Source: an uncultured Thermodesulfobacteriota bacterium (GTDB taxonomy: Bacteria; Desulfobacterota; Thermodesulfobacteria; Thermodesulfobacteriales; Thermodesulfatatoraceae). From it: DNA of 64,000 nt. Each line of letters opens with the position of its first letter. Position 1 is the stretch's first letter. Under the pieces are notes generated by a model that made no database searches, was not told the DNA's origin, and saw nothing but the letters and a program-made list of their open reading frames with translations. Below are positions 18,094-28,100 of the stretch, one piece after another. The position numbers and the translations under genes were made by a program. The DNA is taken from positions 29,038-93,037 of the forward strand of contig CAZVXP010000021.1 in assembly GCA_964630855.1 (NCBI GenBank), given 5' to 3'.

Positions 18094-19451
18094 TATCCCA
18101 CCATAACCTCTTCTGGGGCGTAGGAATAGGGTTTGGGACGTTGTACCTGGGCCAGGACCGAAAGGAGAGAAAGCAGCCCCACTCGTCCTAAAAACATGGC
18201 CAAGATAATCAGGAGCTTTCCAAGAGGATGCAAGGCCGGGGTGATGCCTGTCGAAAGACCGACGGTGCCAAGGGCCGAGACCACTTCGAAGAGGGTGGCC
18301 AGGAACTCCCCCTGGGCCTGATAAAAGGGAAAGCTTGGTACGGCGTAAGTGAGCAAGAAATGGAGGACGACCACGGTGGTCACAGCAGCGACCAGGAGAG
18401 TCATGGCCTTGCTTACCAAAAGATCCGGAATAGTACGCTTGAAAGCGATGGTGCGAAAATATCCTTTTAGACGACTCAAGGCCGTGGCCCAGATCACGGC
18501 GGCGGTGGTGGTTTTGATTCCTCCCCCGGTTGATCCCGGACACGCTCCGATAAACATGAGAAGGGTGATGAAATATAGGCCATGTTCGGAAAACCGGGCC
18601 ATCTCTACGGTGTTGAAGCCTGCGGTGCGGGCGCTCACGCTGTGAAAAAGAGCTGCCAGAAACTTGAGCCCTGTTGGCAGGGGCGCAAAAGCAGCCTTCC
18701 ACTCTGAGGCCAGGAGGACAAGGGTCCCCAGGAACAACAAAAAGAAATGGGTGAAGAGCGTGAGCTTGAAATGGAGAGAAAAATGACCGCGGTGTCGCCG
18801 AATGCGATTCAGCAATTCATATGCCACAGGGAAACCCGTGTTGCCCAGGAAGACGGCGATCATGATGAGACAGGGGACCAGGAAGTGATGTTGGTAAAGA
18901 ACGAGACCTTCTCGAAAGGTAGAGAAACCGGCGTTGCAGAAAGCAGAGATAGAATGAAAGACGGCGTGAAAGAGGGCTTCGCCTGGAGGGAAACGCAAGA
19001 GGAAACAAGCAAAGAGCAAGACAGCCACCGAACTTTCCACCAAAAGGGTGTAGAGAAAAATAGTACGCAAGAGATCTTTTAGGTCGGCAGGACCGTAAGG
19101 TAAAAAGGCCTCGGTGATTACCAGGCGACTTTTCAGCCCGAGACCCTTTTTGAAGCCCAGGGCGATCAAGATGGAGAAACTCATCACTCCCAGGCCACCC
19201 AGCTGGATAAGGAGGAGGATAACCAGTTGTCCCAGTCTGGTGAAGGCTTCAGCGGTGTTGACCACGGTAAGCCCTGTGACGCAGATCGCTGAAGTAGCGG
19301 TAAAAAACGCGTCCAGGACCGAGAGAGGACCCCGGTGCATGAAAGGCAAGAGCAAGAAAAGGGCTCCCACCAGATCGGCCAGGGCGAAGGAAACAATCAC
19401 CAGGGAGGCTGGATGGTTACGGAGACGGTGCCCTGAGAGTTTGAACCGCAT
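18093..19451 (-). CDS. trkH: K+ transporter membrane subunit (TrkH/KtrB family)
   Basis: 452-aa polytopic protein with repeated pore-loop motifs (TGLT, NAGFS, TAGFN, TVGLSTG). Confidence 0.9.
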   Translation of the reverse strand: MRFKLSGHRLRNHPASLVIVSFALADLVGALFLLLPFMHRGPLSVLDAFFTATSAICVTGLTVVNTAEAFTRLGQLVILLLIQLGGLGVMSFSILIALGFKKGLGLKSRLVITEAFLPYGPADLKDLLRTIFLYTLLVESSVAVLLFACFLLRFPPGEALFHAVFHSISAFCNAGFSTFREGLVLYQHHFLVPCLIMIAVFLGNTGFPVAYELLNRIRRHRGHFSLHFKLTLFTHFFLLFLGTLVLLASEWKAAFAPLPTGLKFLAALFHSVSARTAGFNTVEMARFSEHGLYFITLLMFIGACPGSTGGGIKTTTAAVIWATALSRLKGYFRTIAFKRTIPDLLVSKAMTLLVAAVTTVVVLHFLLTYAVPSFPFYQAQGEFLATLFEVVSALGTVGLSTGITPALHPLGKLLIILAMFLGRVGLLSLLSVLAQVQRPKPYSYAPEEVMVG

Positions 19452-20494
19452 TACAGGGTGTGGCGCTGACTGAAAGCTACTAGTTCTTCGAGCTTGTCGA
19501 GGGCCTTGCCGGAGGCCAAAATTTCAAGGGCCTTCTTTACTCCGGCCTTGAGGTCTATGCTTTGCCCTGTGGCATAAAAAACGGCCCCAGCGTTCAGGGC
19601 TACCATGTCTCGTTTAGGACCTTCTTCCTGCCCGGCCAGGATTTTTCGGATAAGGCGCGCGTTCTCGAAGGCATCTCCTCCTTTGAGTTCAGCCGGGTCC
19701 TCACATCGTTCAAGGCCCACGTCCTCTGGGTCAACATAATAGGTGGTAATACGACCTTCCCGCAATTCCGAAACCTTGGTAGAACCCGTTACTACGAATT
19801 CGTCATATCCTCCTTCACCAAAGACCACCAGTGCCCGCATGCAACCCAGGGCATCCAGAGCGAAGGCCATCTTTTCTGTAAGACGGAAATCATAGACCCC
19901 CAATACCTGAATGTTAACCCCCGCTGGGTTACAAAGAGGCCCCAGGAGGTTGAAAATGCTTCGGAAACCAAGCTCCCGCCGCGGACCAGCTACGTTTTTC
20001 ATGGCAGGATGGTAAAGCGGGGCGAAGAGGAAGCAGAGACCGAGTTCCCGCAAGCATTCTGCTGCCATTTCAGGGGGCATATCAATTTTGACACCCATGG
20101 CCTCCAATACGTCTGCACTACCGCACCGACTGGAAACAGAACGGTTACCATGTTTGGCTACCCGTACCCCTCCGGCGGCGGCCACAAAGGCCGCGGCGGT
20201 AGAGACATTGAAGGTGCCCTTCTGGTCGCCGCCGGTGCCACAAGTATCAACTAGAGGTTCGCCTGCCGGAAGCTGATGGGGTACGGAGAGGGCGTGTTGG
20301 CGCATGACACGTGCGGCTTCGGCAATTTCTTCCCAGGTTTCTCCTCGCAGTCGTAAAGCCGCCAACAAAGCCCCTATTTGGGCGGCACTCGCCCGTCCAG
20401 AAATCATCTCTTCAAAGGCCTGGCGTATTTCAGGACGGGACAATTCTTTTCCTTCTACGGCCTTGGCCAGAATGGGCTTCAAGGCTTCAGACAT
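19451..20494 (-). CDS. trpD: anthranilate phosphoribosyltransferase
   Basis: Motifs GALLAALRLRGET, DTCGTGGD, KHGNRSVSSRCGSADVLE and NLLGPLCNPA. The stop overlaps the trkH ATG by 1 nt. Confidence 0.9.
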   Translation of the reverse strand: MSEALKPILAKAVEGKELSRPEIRQAFEEMISGRASAAQIGALLAALRLRGETWEEIAEAARVMRQHALSVPHQLPAGEPLVDTCGTGGDQKGTFNVSTAAAFVAAAGGVRVAKHGNRSVSSRCGSADVLEAMGVKIDMPPEMAAECLRELGLCFLFAPLYHPAMKNVAGPRRELGFRSIFNLLGPLCNPAGVNIQVLGVYDFRLTEKMAFALDALGCMRALVVFGEGGYDEFVVTGSTKVSELREGRITTYYVDPEDVGLERCEDPAELKGGDAFENARLIRKILAGQEEGPKRDMVALNAGAVFYATGQSIDLKAGVKKALEILASGKALDKLEELVAFSQRHTL

Positions 20495-20527
20495 ACGGCC
20501 CCCGTTTTTTTGAGGGCTACTTTAGCC

Positions 20528-21001
20528 CTAAACGTAAAGCTTGGCCACCTTATCTACCAGACGTTCAGCCTCAAGCCAGTCTTCCAGGGCCTTGCCAGGT
20601 TCCTTCCCTCGGCGGAGATAGAATTCGTAAGCGATTTTTTCGATGAGTTCTTTCTTCAGGCGCTGAGCTTCTTCTGGTGGCCCTATGAATTCCACGGTCA
20701 CGTTTGGGTCTTTGGCGCTTTGAACCTCGATTCCCTTTACGTCGCCGTTTTCCCTCAACACGTATATGGCCCGCGGAGAAACCAGGGTATGGATAAGATG
20801 AGAAGGCCGTTCTACATCCACACCACCCACAAAAACCTCAACGTCCTTTTTCTTGGCCTCGTAAACCAACCCCATAAAGGGAAGGTCGTGACAAATTTCC
20901 TGCCCTCCTACGGAAATACGAACCGGACGAAACTGGTGTTCGGCGTTGAAGTTTTTGAGAAACGTAGGCCAGTCCTTTTTGAGAATGCGCTCCTTCTTCA
21001 T
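20528..21001 (-). CDS. hypothetical protein, DUF5335-like N-terminus with DUF2934-like C-terminal helix
   Basis: The C-terminal IAYEFYLRRGKEPGKALEDWLEAER matches the DUF2934 motif as I recall it. I chose the start at ATG 21001 (MKKERIL) because of TAAGGAGGGG upstream. Confidence 0.5.
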   Translation of the reverse strand: MKKERILKKDWPTFLKNFNAEHQFRPVRISVGGQEICHDLPFMGLVYEAKKKDVEVFVGGVDVERPSHLIHTLVSPRAIYVLRENGDVKGIEVQSAKDPNVTVEFIGPPEEAQRLKKELIEKIAYEFYLRRGKEPGKALEDWLEAERLVDKVAKLYV

Positions 21002-21180
21002 GGTCCCCTCCTTAGAATGAATTTGCAGCAAAAACTTCTCTGCACTAAAAGATAAGTCTGCCACTTGAGGCTTTCTGCCCTTTTCCCGCTAAAAACGTGA
21101 ATGGAGGAGCTAAAAGATGCTTGCCACCTCCTGGACCAAGCTGTAAACCCATGAAAGAAATCCCCCGAAGGAGGTCCATC

Positions 21181-22890
21181 ATGGCTGAAAGAGTAGTGGT
21201 GATCGGAGCTGTGGCCGCGGGACCCCGAGCCGCTTGTCGACTCAAAAGACTTCGTCCCGAAGCCGAGATCTACCTTGTCGACAAAGACGATCTCATTTCC
21301 TACGGGGGGTGCGGGATACCCTATTACGTCTCCGGGGACATCCCTGACGAGAACGAGCTCCGGAAGACGGCCTTTCACATGCTGCGCAACGAGGCCTTCT
21401 TCGAAAACGCCAAGGGGCTTCACGTTCTCACCAAAACCCTTGCCACCAAGATAGATCGCGAAAAGAAGGTTGTCCACGTAAAAAACTTAGACAGTGGCCA
21501 GGAAGATACCCTGCCCTACGACAAACTTGTTCTCACTACCGGGGCTTCCCCTTTCATTTTGCCTTTGCCGGGGCGCGATCTCGATGGCGTTTTTGCCATT
21601 TCTAACCTTCACTCCGCCATTGAGATCAAGGAGCGTGTGGCCAGGGGACAGGTCGAGAAAGTAGTTATTATCGGTGCCGGGCCCATCGGACTCGAGATGG
21701 CCGAAGCCTTCCGCGATCTTTGGGGACTTGAAGTCACGGTGCTCGAATACTTTGATCAACCCCTTCCTCGCATTGTGGACAAACCCATGGCCCGCATCGT
21801 GGCCCATCACCTGCAAGAAAAAGGAGTCAGGCTCGTTGTAAACGCCCGGACTAAAGAAATAGAGGGAAAAGATGGCAAAGTGGTGGCGGTGGTCACCGAA
21901 GACGGCCGTTATGAGTGTGACCTGGTGCTCATGGCCACCGGTGTGCGGCCAAACAGTCAGCTGGCCCGGGAGGCGGGTCTTCTAGTTTCTCCCCTCACCG
22001 GGGGAATCGTGGTCAACGAGCGTCTTCAAACCTCCGATCCAAACATCTATGCTGGAGGAGATTGTATTGAAGTCACCCACCTTATCACCGGCAAAAAGGT
22101 GGTTTTACCTCTGGGCTCCCTGGCCAACCGTCATGGCCGCATCATTGGAACCAACCTGGCCGGGGGAACGGAAACCTTTCGCGGGGCCGTAGGGGCCTTT
22201 GTCATGAAGTGTTTTGATCTGGCTATCGCCGCCTGTGGTGTTTCATACACGGTGGCCAGGGCTGAAGGTTTCGACGCCTTCTTCGCCCTCCACAACCAGA
22301 CCGAACGGGCTCATTATTACCCTGGAGCGGAGTTCATCTTCGTCGAGATTGTGGCAGATCGGCGTGACCGCCGAGTATTAGGTTTCCAGGCCGTAGGCCC
22401 CATGACCGACGGGGCCATGGCCCGGGTGAACGCCCTAGCCAAGCTTCTGGAGTTCAAGCCTCGCCTGGAAGACACAGCCTACATGGAGCTTGCCTACGCT
22501 CCTCCCTTCAACACCGCCCTTGATCCCATAAACGTGGTCTCCATGGTGGCCAGCAACCTGGCTGATGGTCTATTCAAGCCCACGACCTGGGATGAAGTGC
22601 GTGAGAGGCTTGAGAAGAATGACCCGGATACGATCTTTGTTGACGTGCGCCATCCTAAGGAAGCCGAACCTTTTGTCAAGAAATATCCGGGGCGCTGGAT
22701 CAATGTAGTTTACGATCAGGTGCGTCACAATCTGGACAAGATTCCCAGGGACAAAGACGTGATCCTCATTTGCAACTCTTCCATGCGTTCCTACGAAGCG
22801 GCTCGGGTACTATATGGAGCGGGTTACGAACGGGTTTATGTGCCCCTTGGAGGTTTAAACTTTCCCCGCCGTTGGGGTTGGGAATTTTAG
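21181..22890 (+). CDS. CoA-disulfide reductase / NADH-dependent persulfide reductase-type flavoprotein fused to a rhodanese domain
   Basis: FAD motif VVVIGAVAAGPRAA, redox Cys in SYGGCGIPYY, NAD motif VVIIGAGPIGLEMA and a C-terminal rhodanese with active-site ICNSSMRS. The start at ATG 21181 has GAAGGAGG upstream. Confidence 0.85.
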   Translation: MAERVVVIGAVAAGPRAACRLKRLRPEAEIYLVDKDDLISYGGCGIPYYVSGDIPDENELRKTAFHMLRNEAFFENAKGLHVLTKTLATKIDREKKVVHVKNLDSGQEDTLPYDKLVLTTGASPFILPLPGRDLDGVFAISNLHSAIEIKERVARGQVEKVVIIGAGPIGLEMAEAFRDLWGLEVTVLEYFDQPLPRIVDKPMARIVAHHLQEKGVRLVVNARTKEIEGKDGKVVAVVTEDGRYECDLVLMATGVRPNSQLAREAGLLVSPLTGGIVVNERLQTSDPNIYAGGDCIEVTHLITGKKVVLPLGSLANRHGRIIGTNLAGGTETFRGAVGAFVMKCFDLAIAACGVSYTVARAEGFDAFFALHNQTERAHYYPGAEFIFVEIVADRRDRRVLGFQAVGPMTDGAMARVNALAKLLEFKPRLEDTAYMELAYAPPFNTALDPINVVSMVASNLADGLFKPTTWDEVRERLEKNDPDTIFVDVRHPKEAEPFVKKYPGRWINVVYDQVRHNLDKIPRDKDVILICNSSMRSYEAARVLYGAGYERVYVPLGGLNFPRRWGWEF

Positions 22891-22917
22891 CGAGATCCGT
22901 TTGCTGTTCCTCTAGCT

Positions 22918-23292
22918 ATGCCCGAGCTGCTTTTGGTGGGTCTTGGTGGTTTTTGCGGAGCCATGGCGCGTTATCTTCTGGCCGGGCTCTTTTGGCGGCT
23001 TTCGCCTCTTTTTCCCTGGGGGACCTTTACGGTGAACGTTCTGGGAACTATGGCCCTGGGCTTCCTGATGACGCTGGCCACAGAGACGCTTCTCATTTCT
23101 CCAGCCCTCAGGGTCTTCTTGGCTATAGGATTTCTGGGATCCTTTACCACGTTTTCCACTTTTGCTTACGAAACAAGCGCTCTTCTGGATGATGGCGCCC
23201 TTGTTCCAGCTTTGCTAAATGTAGTCTTTAGTCTCCTGGCTGGTCTTTGTGGTGTGCGCCTGGGAGCATGGCTGGCCAGATCATTCTTTTAG
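22918..23292 (+). CDS. crcB: fluoride ion channel CrcB/Fluc
   Basis: 124 aa with 4 TM helices and motifs GGFCGAMARY, GTFTVNVLG and GFLGSFTTFSTF. Confidence 0.9.
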   Translation: MPELLLVGLGGFCGAMARYLLAGLFWRLSPLFPWGTFTVNVLGTMALGFLMTLATETLLISPALRVFLAIGFLGSFTTFSTFAYETSALLDDGALVPALLNVVFSLLAGLCGVRLGAWLARSFF

Positions 23293-23301
23293 GAGGCCGA
23301 A

Positions 23302-23625
23302 ATGGCCTACAAAAGGCTTACCATCTACGTCGATGAGGACGATCATTTTGGGAAGCGTCCCCTTTACGAAGAAATTCTCCACTTTTTGCGTCAAAATGGT
23401 ATCCGCGGGGCAACAGTCTTTAAAGGCGTCTTGGGCTGGGGACCGGATGGAGTGGTGCACACCGTGCGTCTCTTACGCGCCAGCGGTAACCTTCCCCTAA
23501 AGATCGAAGTCATAGAAACAGAAGAGAAGGTGGCCGCTATCCTGCCGGAATTGCAAAAACGCCTGCTAAAAGGTCTTCTCACTCTGGAAGATGTGGAAGT
23601 GTTAAAAGGCTATCCCGAGAGTTGA
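23302..23625 (+). CDS. DUF190 domain protein (frequent crcB neighbour)
   Basis: 107 aa with RPLYEEILHFLRQNGIRGATVFKGVLGWG, which is characteristic of DUF190. GGAGG lies upstream of the ATG. Confidence 0.8.
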   Translation: MAYKRLTIYVDEDDHFGKRPLYEEILHFLRQNGIRGATVFKGVLGWGPDGVVHTVRLLRASGNLPLKIEVIETEEKVAAILPELQKRLLKGLLTLEDVEVLKGYPES

Positions 23626-23681
23626 CGCTCCCGGTGGGTTGTGAAAAGGTCTAAAACCATAGTTCCCCAAAGGAGGCCAAA

Positions 23682-26600
23682 ATGCTCGCCAGGATCGAAG
23701 TGGCCCTCAAGCCTGAACTCCGCGATGCCCTGGGTGAAAAAACAGCCCGGCGGATGCGTGAGGACCTGGGACTTTCTGTCTCTTCCTGCCGAACCATCCG
23801 CGTCTACCTGGTAGAGGCTGAGATAAACGAAGGAGAGCTTGAGGCCTTTGCCTCCGGCCCCCTTTGTGATCCGGTGACCCAGCTTTACGCTGTAAGAAAG
23901 CCACTGGCCCCGCTTTTCGGTTTTGATTGGCTTATCCAGGTCGGGTTCCGGCCCGGGGTCACCGACAACGAGGGCAAGGTGGCCAGAGAAGCGCTTGAAC
24001 TCCTGCTTGGTCGAAAACTCTCAGAAGAAGAAAACGTTTATTCTCTCATGCAATATTTGGTGAAGGGGGAACTTTCCAGAGAAGATGCAGAACGAGCCGC
24101 CCGGGAGCTTCTGGCCAACGAGCTTATCGAGCGTTTTTGGATCATTTCACCTTCAGAGTTTGATGAAGAGCGTGGTCTTGAAATCCCTCCTCCCAAAGTG
24201 ACCGAGGAACCCGAGATTCGGGTGGAGCTTTTCGATCTTTCGACCCTCTCAGATGAAGAGTTGCTCAAGCTTTCGCGAGAAAGGGTGCTGGCCCTGAATC
24301 TTCGAGAAATGCAAACCATTCGAGACTATTTCAAGCGGCCGGAATTTCTGGATCTCCGGCGCCAACACGGCCTCGACCATCGGATCACAGACGTAGAGCT
24401 CGAATGTCTGGCCCAGACCTGGTCCGAACACTGCAAACACAAGATCTTCAACGCCAAAATTACTTACACCGACGAAACCACCGGTAAGACCGAGGTCATA
24501 GACAGTCTCTTCAGGACCTATATTCGGAGGGCCACGGATGAGATCCGGCAGGCCAAGGGAGAAAGGGATTTTTGTCTTTCGGTCTTCGTGGACAACGCCG
24601 GTGTCATTCGTCTGAACGAGAAATGGAACGTGGCCATGAAGGTGGAGACTCACAACAGCCCCTCAGCCCTTGATCCCTACGGTGGTGCGCTCACCGGCAT
24701 CGTGGGAGTGAATCGGGATCCTTTCGGCACAGGCAAGGGCTGCCTCCTGGTCTTTAACACCGACGTTTTCTGTTTCGCTCCCCCCGATTGGGACAGACCC
24801 CTGCCTCCCAGGCTCCTTCATCCCAAGCGTATCTTCGAAGGGGTACGTGAGGGGGTGGAGCACGGTGGCAACAAGAGCGGTATCCCTACGGTCAATGGCT
24901 CCATCGTCTTTGACTCACGTTATCTTGGTAAACCTTTAGTTTTTTGTGGCACGGGTGGGATCATGCCGGCCGAAGTCTGCGGGGAACCCAGCTGGAAAAA
25001 AGGGGCCCGCCCCGGGGATCTGGTGGTTATGGTGGGGGGAAGGATCGGAAAGGACGGCATTCACGGAGCTACCTTTTCTTCGGAGGAGCTTCACGAAGGA
25101 AGCCCTGCCACGGCGGTCCAGATCGGAGACCCCATCACCCAGAAGAAGATGTTCGACTTCTTGCTTGTGGCCAGGGACGAGTGCCTCTACACCTCCATCA
25201 CGGACAACGGCGCGGGGGGACTTTCTTCTTCCGTGGGTGAGATGGCCCGAGAGTCGGGTGGGGCGGAACTCGACCTTGAGAAGGCCCCCCTCAAATACCA
25301 CGGCTTACAGCCTTGGGAAATCTTGGTTTCGGAAAGCCAGGAGCGAATGACGCTAGCGGTGCCGCCGGAACATATCGACCGTTTTCTTGAGCTTGCCAGA
25401 AAGATGGACGTGGAAGCCACGGTACTTGGAAAGTTTACGGATTCGGGCTTTTTCCACGTGCGCTACGAGGGGAAAACAGTGGCCTTACTTCCGCTTGACT
25501 TTCTGCACGAAGGGGTGCCTCAGCTTGAGCTGCGGGCCATCTGGAGCCCCCCGGAACACGAAGAACCGGCTCTTCCAGTGCCGGAAGATTGCGGTGCCGT
25601 GCTCAAGGAGCTCCTTTCTCGCTACAACGTCTGTTCCAAGGAATACGTGGTGCGCCAGTATGACCACGAAGTGCAAGGGGGAAGCGTCATCAAGCCGCTG
25701 GTGGGGGTAAGAGATGATGGCCCAAGTGACGCGGCCGTGCTGCGGCCTGATCTTGAGCGTCTGGACGGCCTGGTGGTGGCCCACGGAATTTGTCCCAAAT
25801 ATTCCGATCTCGATACTTACTGGATGGTAATGAACGCGGTGGATGAAGCGGTTCGAAATGCAGTCTGTGTGGGGGCAGATCTCGAGCATATGGCAGGCCT
25901 TGATAATTTCTGCTGGTGTGACCCTATTCAGAGCGAAAAGACCCCGGATGGGCACTACAAATTGGCCCAGCTGGTGCGAGCCAACCAGGCCCTTTATGAG
26001 ATCACCACGGCTTACGGGGTCCCCTGTATTTCGGGGAAAGACTCCATGAAGAATGATTATCTGGCTGTAGGTCTTGGTTTGAGCCCGGAAAACAACCCTT
26101 ATGGGACGGGGGTGGTGCTTCCTGACGGAAGTCTCAAGATCTCCGTTCCCCCCACCCTCCTCTTTTCCGTTATCGCCCGAATCCCTGATGTCAGGCGCGC
26201 GATGACCATGGACGTCAAGCGTCCCGGAGATCTCATCTACCTTTTGGGAATGACCAGGGACGAGCTCGGAGGATCAGAGTATTTTCGAGCTCGTGGTTTC
26301 GTAGGGCAGAAGGTCCCGCAGGTGCAACCCGAGGCGGCTCGAGATCGCTATCTTCGCCTGAGGGAAGCCATTTATTACGATCTAGTTTCCGCAGCTCACG
26401 ATTGCTCAGATGGCGGTCTTGGTGTAGCTTTGGCAGAAATGGCCTTTGCCGGGGGTCTGGGGGTGCTGGTTGATCTTTCTGCTGTGCCTTACGAAGGGGA
26501 AGCACGGCCCGATTTCGTGCTTTTTTCTGAATCCGCAAGCCGTATTGTGGTCACGGTGCCGCGAGAGAAACAGCGGGAGTTTGAAAAGCTCTTTTCGGGT

Positions 26601-26732
26601 TCGGTTTACGCGCTCATCGGAGAGGTGGTGGCGGAGCCGGTCCTTATAGTTCGAAACGGTCGCGGAGAGACCCTCATAGAAGAGAACATCTTTGACCTCA
26701 AAGCCGCCTGGCAAAAACCCTTAAATTGGTAG
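23682..26732 (+). CDS. purL: phosphoribosylformylglycinamidine synthase, long PurL form with a PurS-like N-terminal domain and no glutaminase domain
   Basis: Motifs CKHKIFNA, VETHNSPSALDPYGGALTGIVGVNRD, GDPITQKK and ITDNGAGGLSSSVGEM, with duplicated AIR-synthase-like halves. AGGAGG lies upstream. Confidence 0.85.
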   Translation: MLARIEVALKPELRDALGEKTARRMREDLGLSVSSCRTIRVYLVEAEINEGELEAFASGPLCDPVTQLYAVRKPLAPLFGFDWLIQVGFRPGVTDNEGKVAREALELLLGRKLSEEENVYSLMQYLVKGELSREDAERAARELLANELIERFWIISPSEFDEERGLEIPPPKVTEEPEIRVELFDLSTLSDEELLKLSRERVLALNLREMQTIRDYFKRPEFLDLRRQHGLDHRITDVELECLAQTWSEHCKHKIFNAKITYTDETTGKTEVIDSLFRTYIRRATDEIRQAKGERDFCLSVFVDNAGVIRLNEKWNVAMKVETHNSPSALDPYGGALTGIVGVNRDPFGTGKGCLLVFNTDVFCFAPPDWDRPLPPRLLHPKRIFEGVREGVEHGGNKSGIPTVNGSIVFDSRYLGKPLVFCGTGGIMPAEVCGEPSWKKGARPGDLVVMVGGRIGKDGIHGATFSSEELHEGSPATAVQIGDPITQKKMFDFLLVARDECLYTSITDNGAGGLSSSVGEMARESGGAELDLEKAPLKYHGLQPWEILVSESQERMTLAVPPEHIDRFLELARKMDVEATVLGKFTDSGFFHVRYEGKTVALLPLDFLHEGVPQLELRAIWSPPEHEEPALPVPEDCGAVLKELLSRYNVCSKEYVVRQYDHEVQGGSVIKPLVGVRDDGPSDAAVLRPDLERLDGLVVAHGICPKYSDLDTYWMVMNAVDEAVRNAVCVGADLEHMAGLDNFCWCDPIQSEKTPDGHYKLAQLVRANQALYEITTAYGVPCISGKDSMKNDYLAVGLGLSPENNPYGTGVVLPDGSLKISVPPTLLFSVIARIPDVRRAMTMDVKRPGDLIYLLGMTRDELGGSEYFRARGFVGQKVPQVQPEAARDRYLRLREAIYYDLVSAAHDCSDGGLGVALAEMAFAGGLGVLVDLSAVPYEGEARPDFVLFSESASRIVVTVPREKQREFEKLFSGSVYALIGEVVAEPVLIVRNGRGETLIEENIFDLKAAWQKPLNW

Positions 26733-26741
26733 GTAGCCCAG

Positions 26742-28100
26742 ATGAAGATTATGGTTTTTGGTCGACCGTCGGTTTCTTTTGGCCCGGAGGTTGAAATCGT
26801 TCCTTCGAAAGAAGGAACTTTAGCTGATCTTTATCTCATTGGTCCAGAAGAGATGAATCTTCCGAAACTCCTCACCCTGCGTTCCGATCCAGAAAAGGCC
26901 TTATCTCCCGTTTATCTGACGGAATTCACCGAAGATCGGCGACTTCTGGAAGTGGCAGATGGCCTCTGGCGTGGGGAAGAGACTTTGGCAGAAGTGGCCA
27001 AGATAAAGAAACGTCTGTCTTCCTTGCCTGCCCCTTCGGTCCGTCTCTCAGATACGGAGAGGCGTTTAATACTTTTTTTGAGATTTTTGTGGAGTCGCAG
27101 AAGAGAGGAATTTCATCCCTTTCCCGAGGTGAACTCGCGGGTGGGTTATCACTATCCCCTGCTTCAGGGGTTTCTCGGTTTTCAGCCTGGTGAAGAAATA
27201 GATCATCTGGAACAGATGTTCGCCCTGGGGGTGATACGACCTTTTCGACTCATCAATCGAGTGCCCATCTGTCCGCACGATGGACACTATCAGCTTGTCT
27301 TTCGTGAGATCTGTCCTCAGTGTGGATCCCTCAATTTGGAAGAAACGGAACTCTACTACCATTTTGATTGTGGTTATGTTGGACCGCGAGAAGATTTCGT
27401 GAGAGAGGAGATTTTGCGTTGTCCTAAATGTCACCAGGCCTTGCGACATCTGGGCGTGGATTACGAGATACCCAATCGAGTCTTTCGGTGTCTGGATTGT
27501 CATTATCTAGCAGAAGAGCCAAAAGTGGAGGTCTTTTGTCTTCATTGTGAAAGGAGTTTTTCTCTGGAATCCCTGCATTTCTTTGAAGCTCAAATTTATC
27601 AAATTACAGCTTTGGGTTTTCAGTCGGCAGAAGAAGGCCAGCTTCCAGTTCGGGCTGTGGAAGAGATTTTTGATCGTCTTAATCTGGTGAGATGGAATAT
27701 CTTTCAGTTTGTAGTGGACTGGGAGAAGAAGAAATACGAACGTTATCAACACCCTTTTAGTTTGCTTATTGTAAGTTGGGATTGGAAACGCATTGAAGAG
27801 TTGGCAGAGACGTATGGTATTTCAGCTATAAGATCTTATTTCGAAGAAGTAATAGGTTATTTGCGCGAGAGTTTGCGCTCTGTGGATATCGGAACTCGTT
27901 ACGAACTTGGACGTTATCTCTTTTTGTTGCCAGAAACTCCCGGAGATAAAGCTGAAATTGTTCGTCAACGTCTAAGCGAAAAAATCAAACATATCAAAAC
28001 AGATCTTCCCGTCCCTAAAGTTGATTTTCATCTTGAATCCTGCCCTGGAAGATTGGAAAGTATGGATCTTGAAGCCATTTTGCGTGATCTTCAAGCCTAA
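26742..28100 (+). CDS. cytoplasmic zinc-ribbon protein with a degenerate GGDEF domain retaining the RxxD I-site (candidate c-di-GMP receptor)
   Basis: Ten Cys lie in CxxC-type pairs (ICPHDG, CPQCG, CPKCH, CLDCH, CLHCE). The C-terminal domain aligns to GGDEF: FSLLIVSWDWKRIEELAETYG ... RSVD-IGTRY-ELGRY-LFLLPET versus the canonical RxxD-xxxRx-GGDEF-xxxLPxT. Confidence 0.75.
   Translation: MKIMVFGRPSVSFGPEVEIVPSKEGTLADLYLIGPEEMNLPKLLTLRSDPEKALSPVYLTEFTEDRRLLEVADGLWRGEETLAEVAKIKKRLSSLPAPSVRLSDTERRLILFLRFLWSRRREEFHPFPEVNSRVGYHYPLLQGFLGFQPGEEIDHLEQMFALGVIRPFRLINRVPICPHDGHYQLVFREICPQCGSLNLEETELYYHFDCGYVGPREDFVREEILRCPKCHQALRHLGVDYEIPNRVFRCLDCHYLAEEPKVEVFCLHCERSFSLESLHFFEAQIYQITALGFQSAEEGQLPVRAVEEIFDRLNLVRWNIFQFVVDWEKKKYERYQHPFSLLIVSWDWKRIEELAETYGISAIRSYFEEVIGYLRESLRSVDIGTRYELGRYLFLLPETPGDKAEIVRQRLSEKIKHIKTDLPVPKVDFHLESCPGRLESMDLEAILRDLQA

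Noticed and set aside
17443-18702. 419-aa version of the trkA ORF
   Set aside because: The N-terminal 200 aa are Arg/His/Pro/Gly-rich junk read in an alternative frame of trkH. The Rossmann motif starts right at ATG 18093, which overlaps the trkH stop.
19451-20494. trpD without neighbouring trp genes, considered as a possible pseudogene or TrpD2-type paralogue
   Set aside because: The reading frame is intact, with the GTGGD and KHGNR catalytic motifs. Isolated trpD genes are common, and nothing in the sequence supports decay.
20378-21055. 225-aa plus-strand ORF across the trpD 5' end and the DUF5335-like gene
   Set aside because: It is antisense to two supported genes and has no recognisable motifs.
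22891-22917. Possible fluoride riboswitch upstream of crcB
   Set aside because: Only 27 nt separate crcB from the upstream stop. That is too short for the crcB motif, and no matching conserved sequence is visible.
22770-23192. 140-aa ORF overlapping the end of the reductase gene and crcB
   Set aside because: It is out of frame with two strongly supported genes on the same strand.
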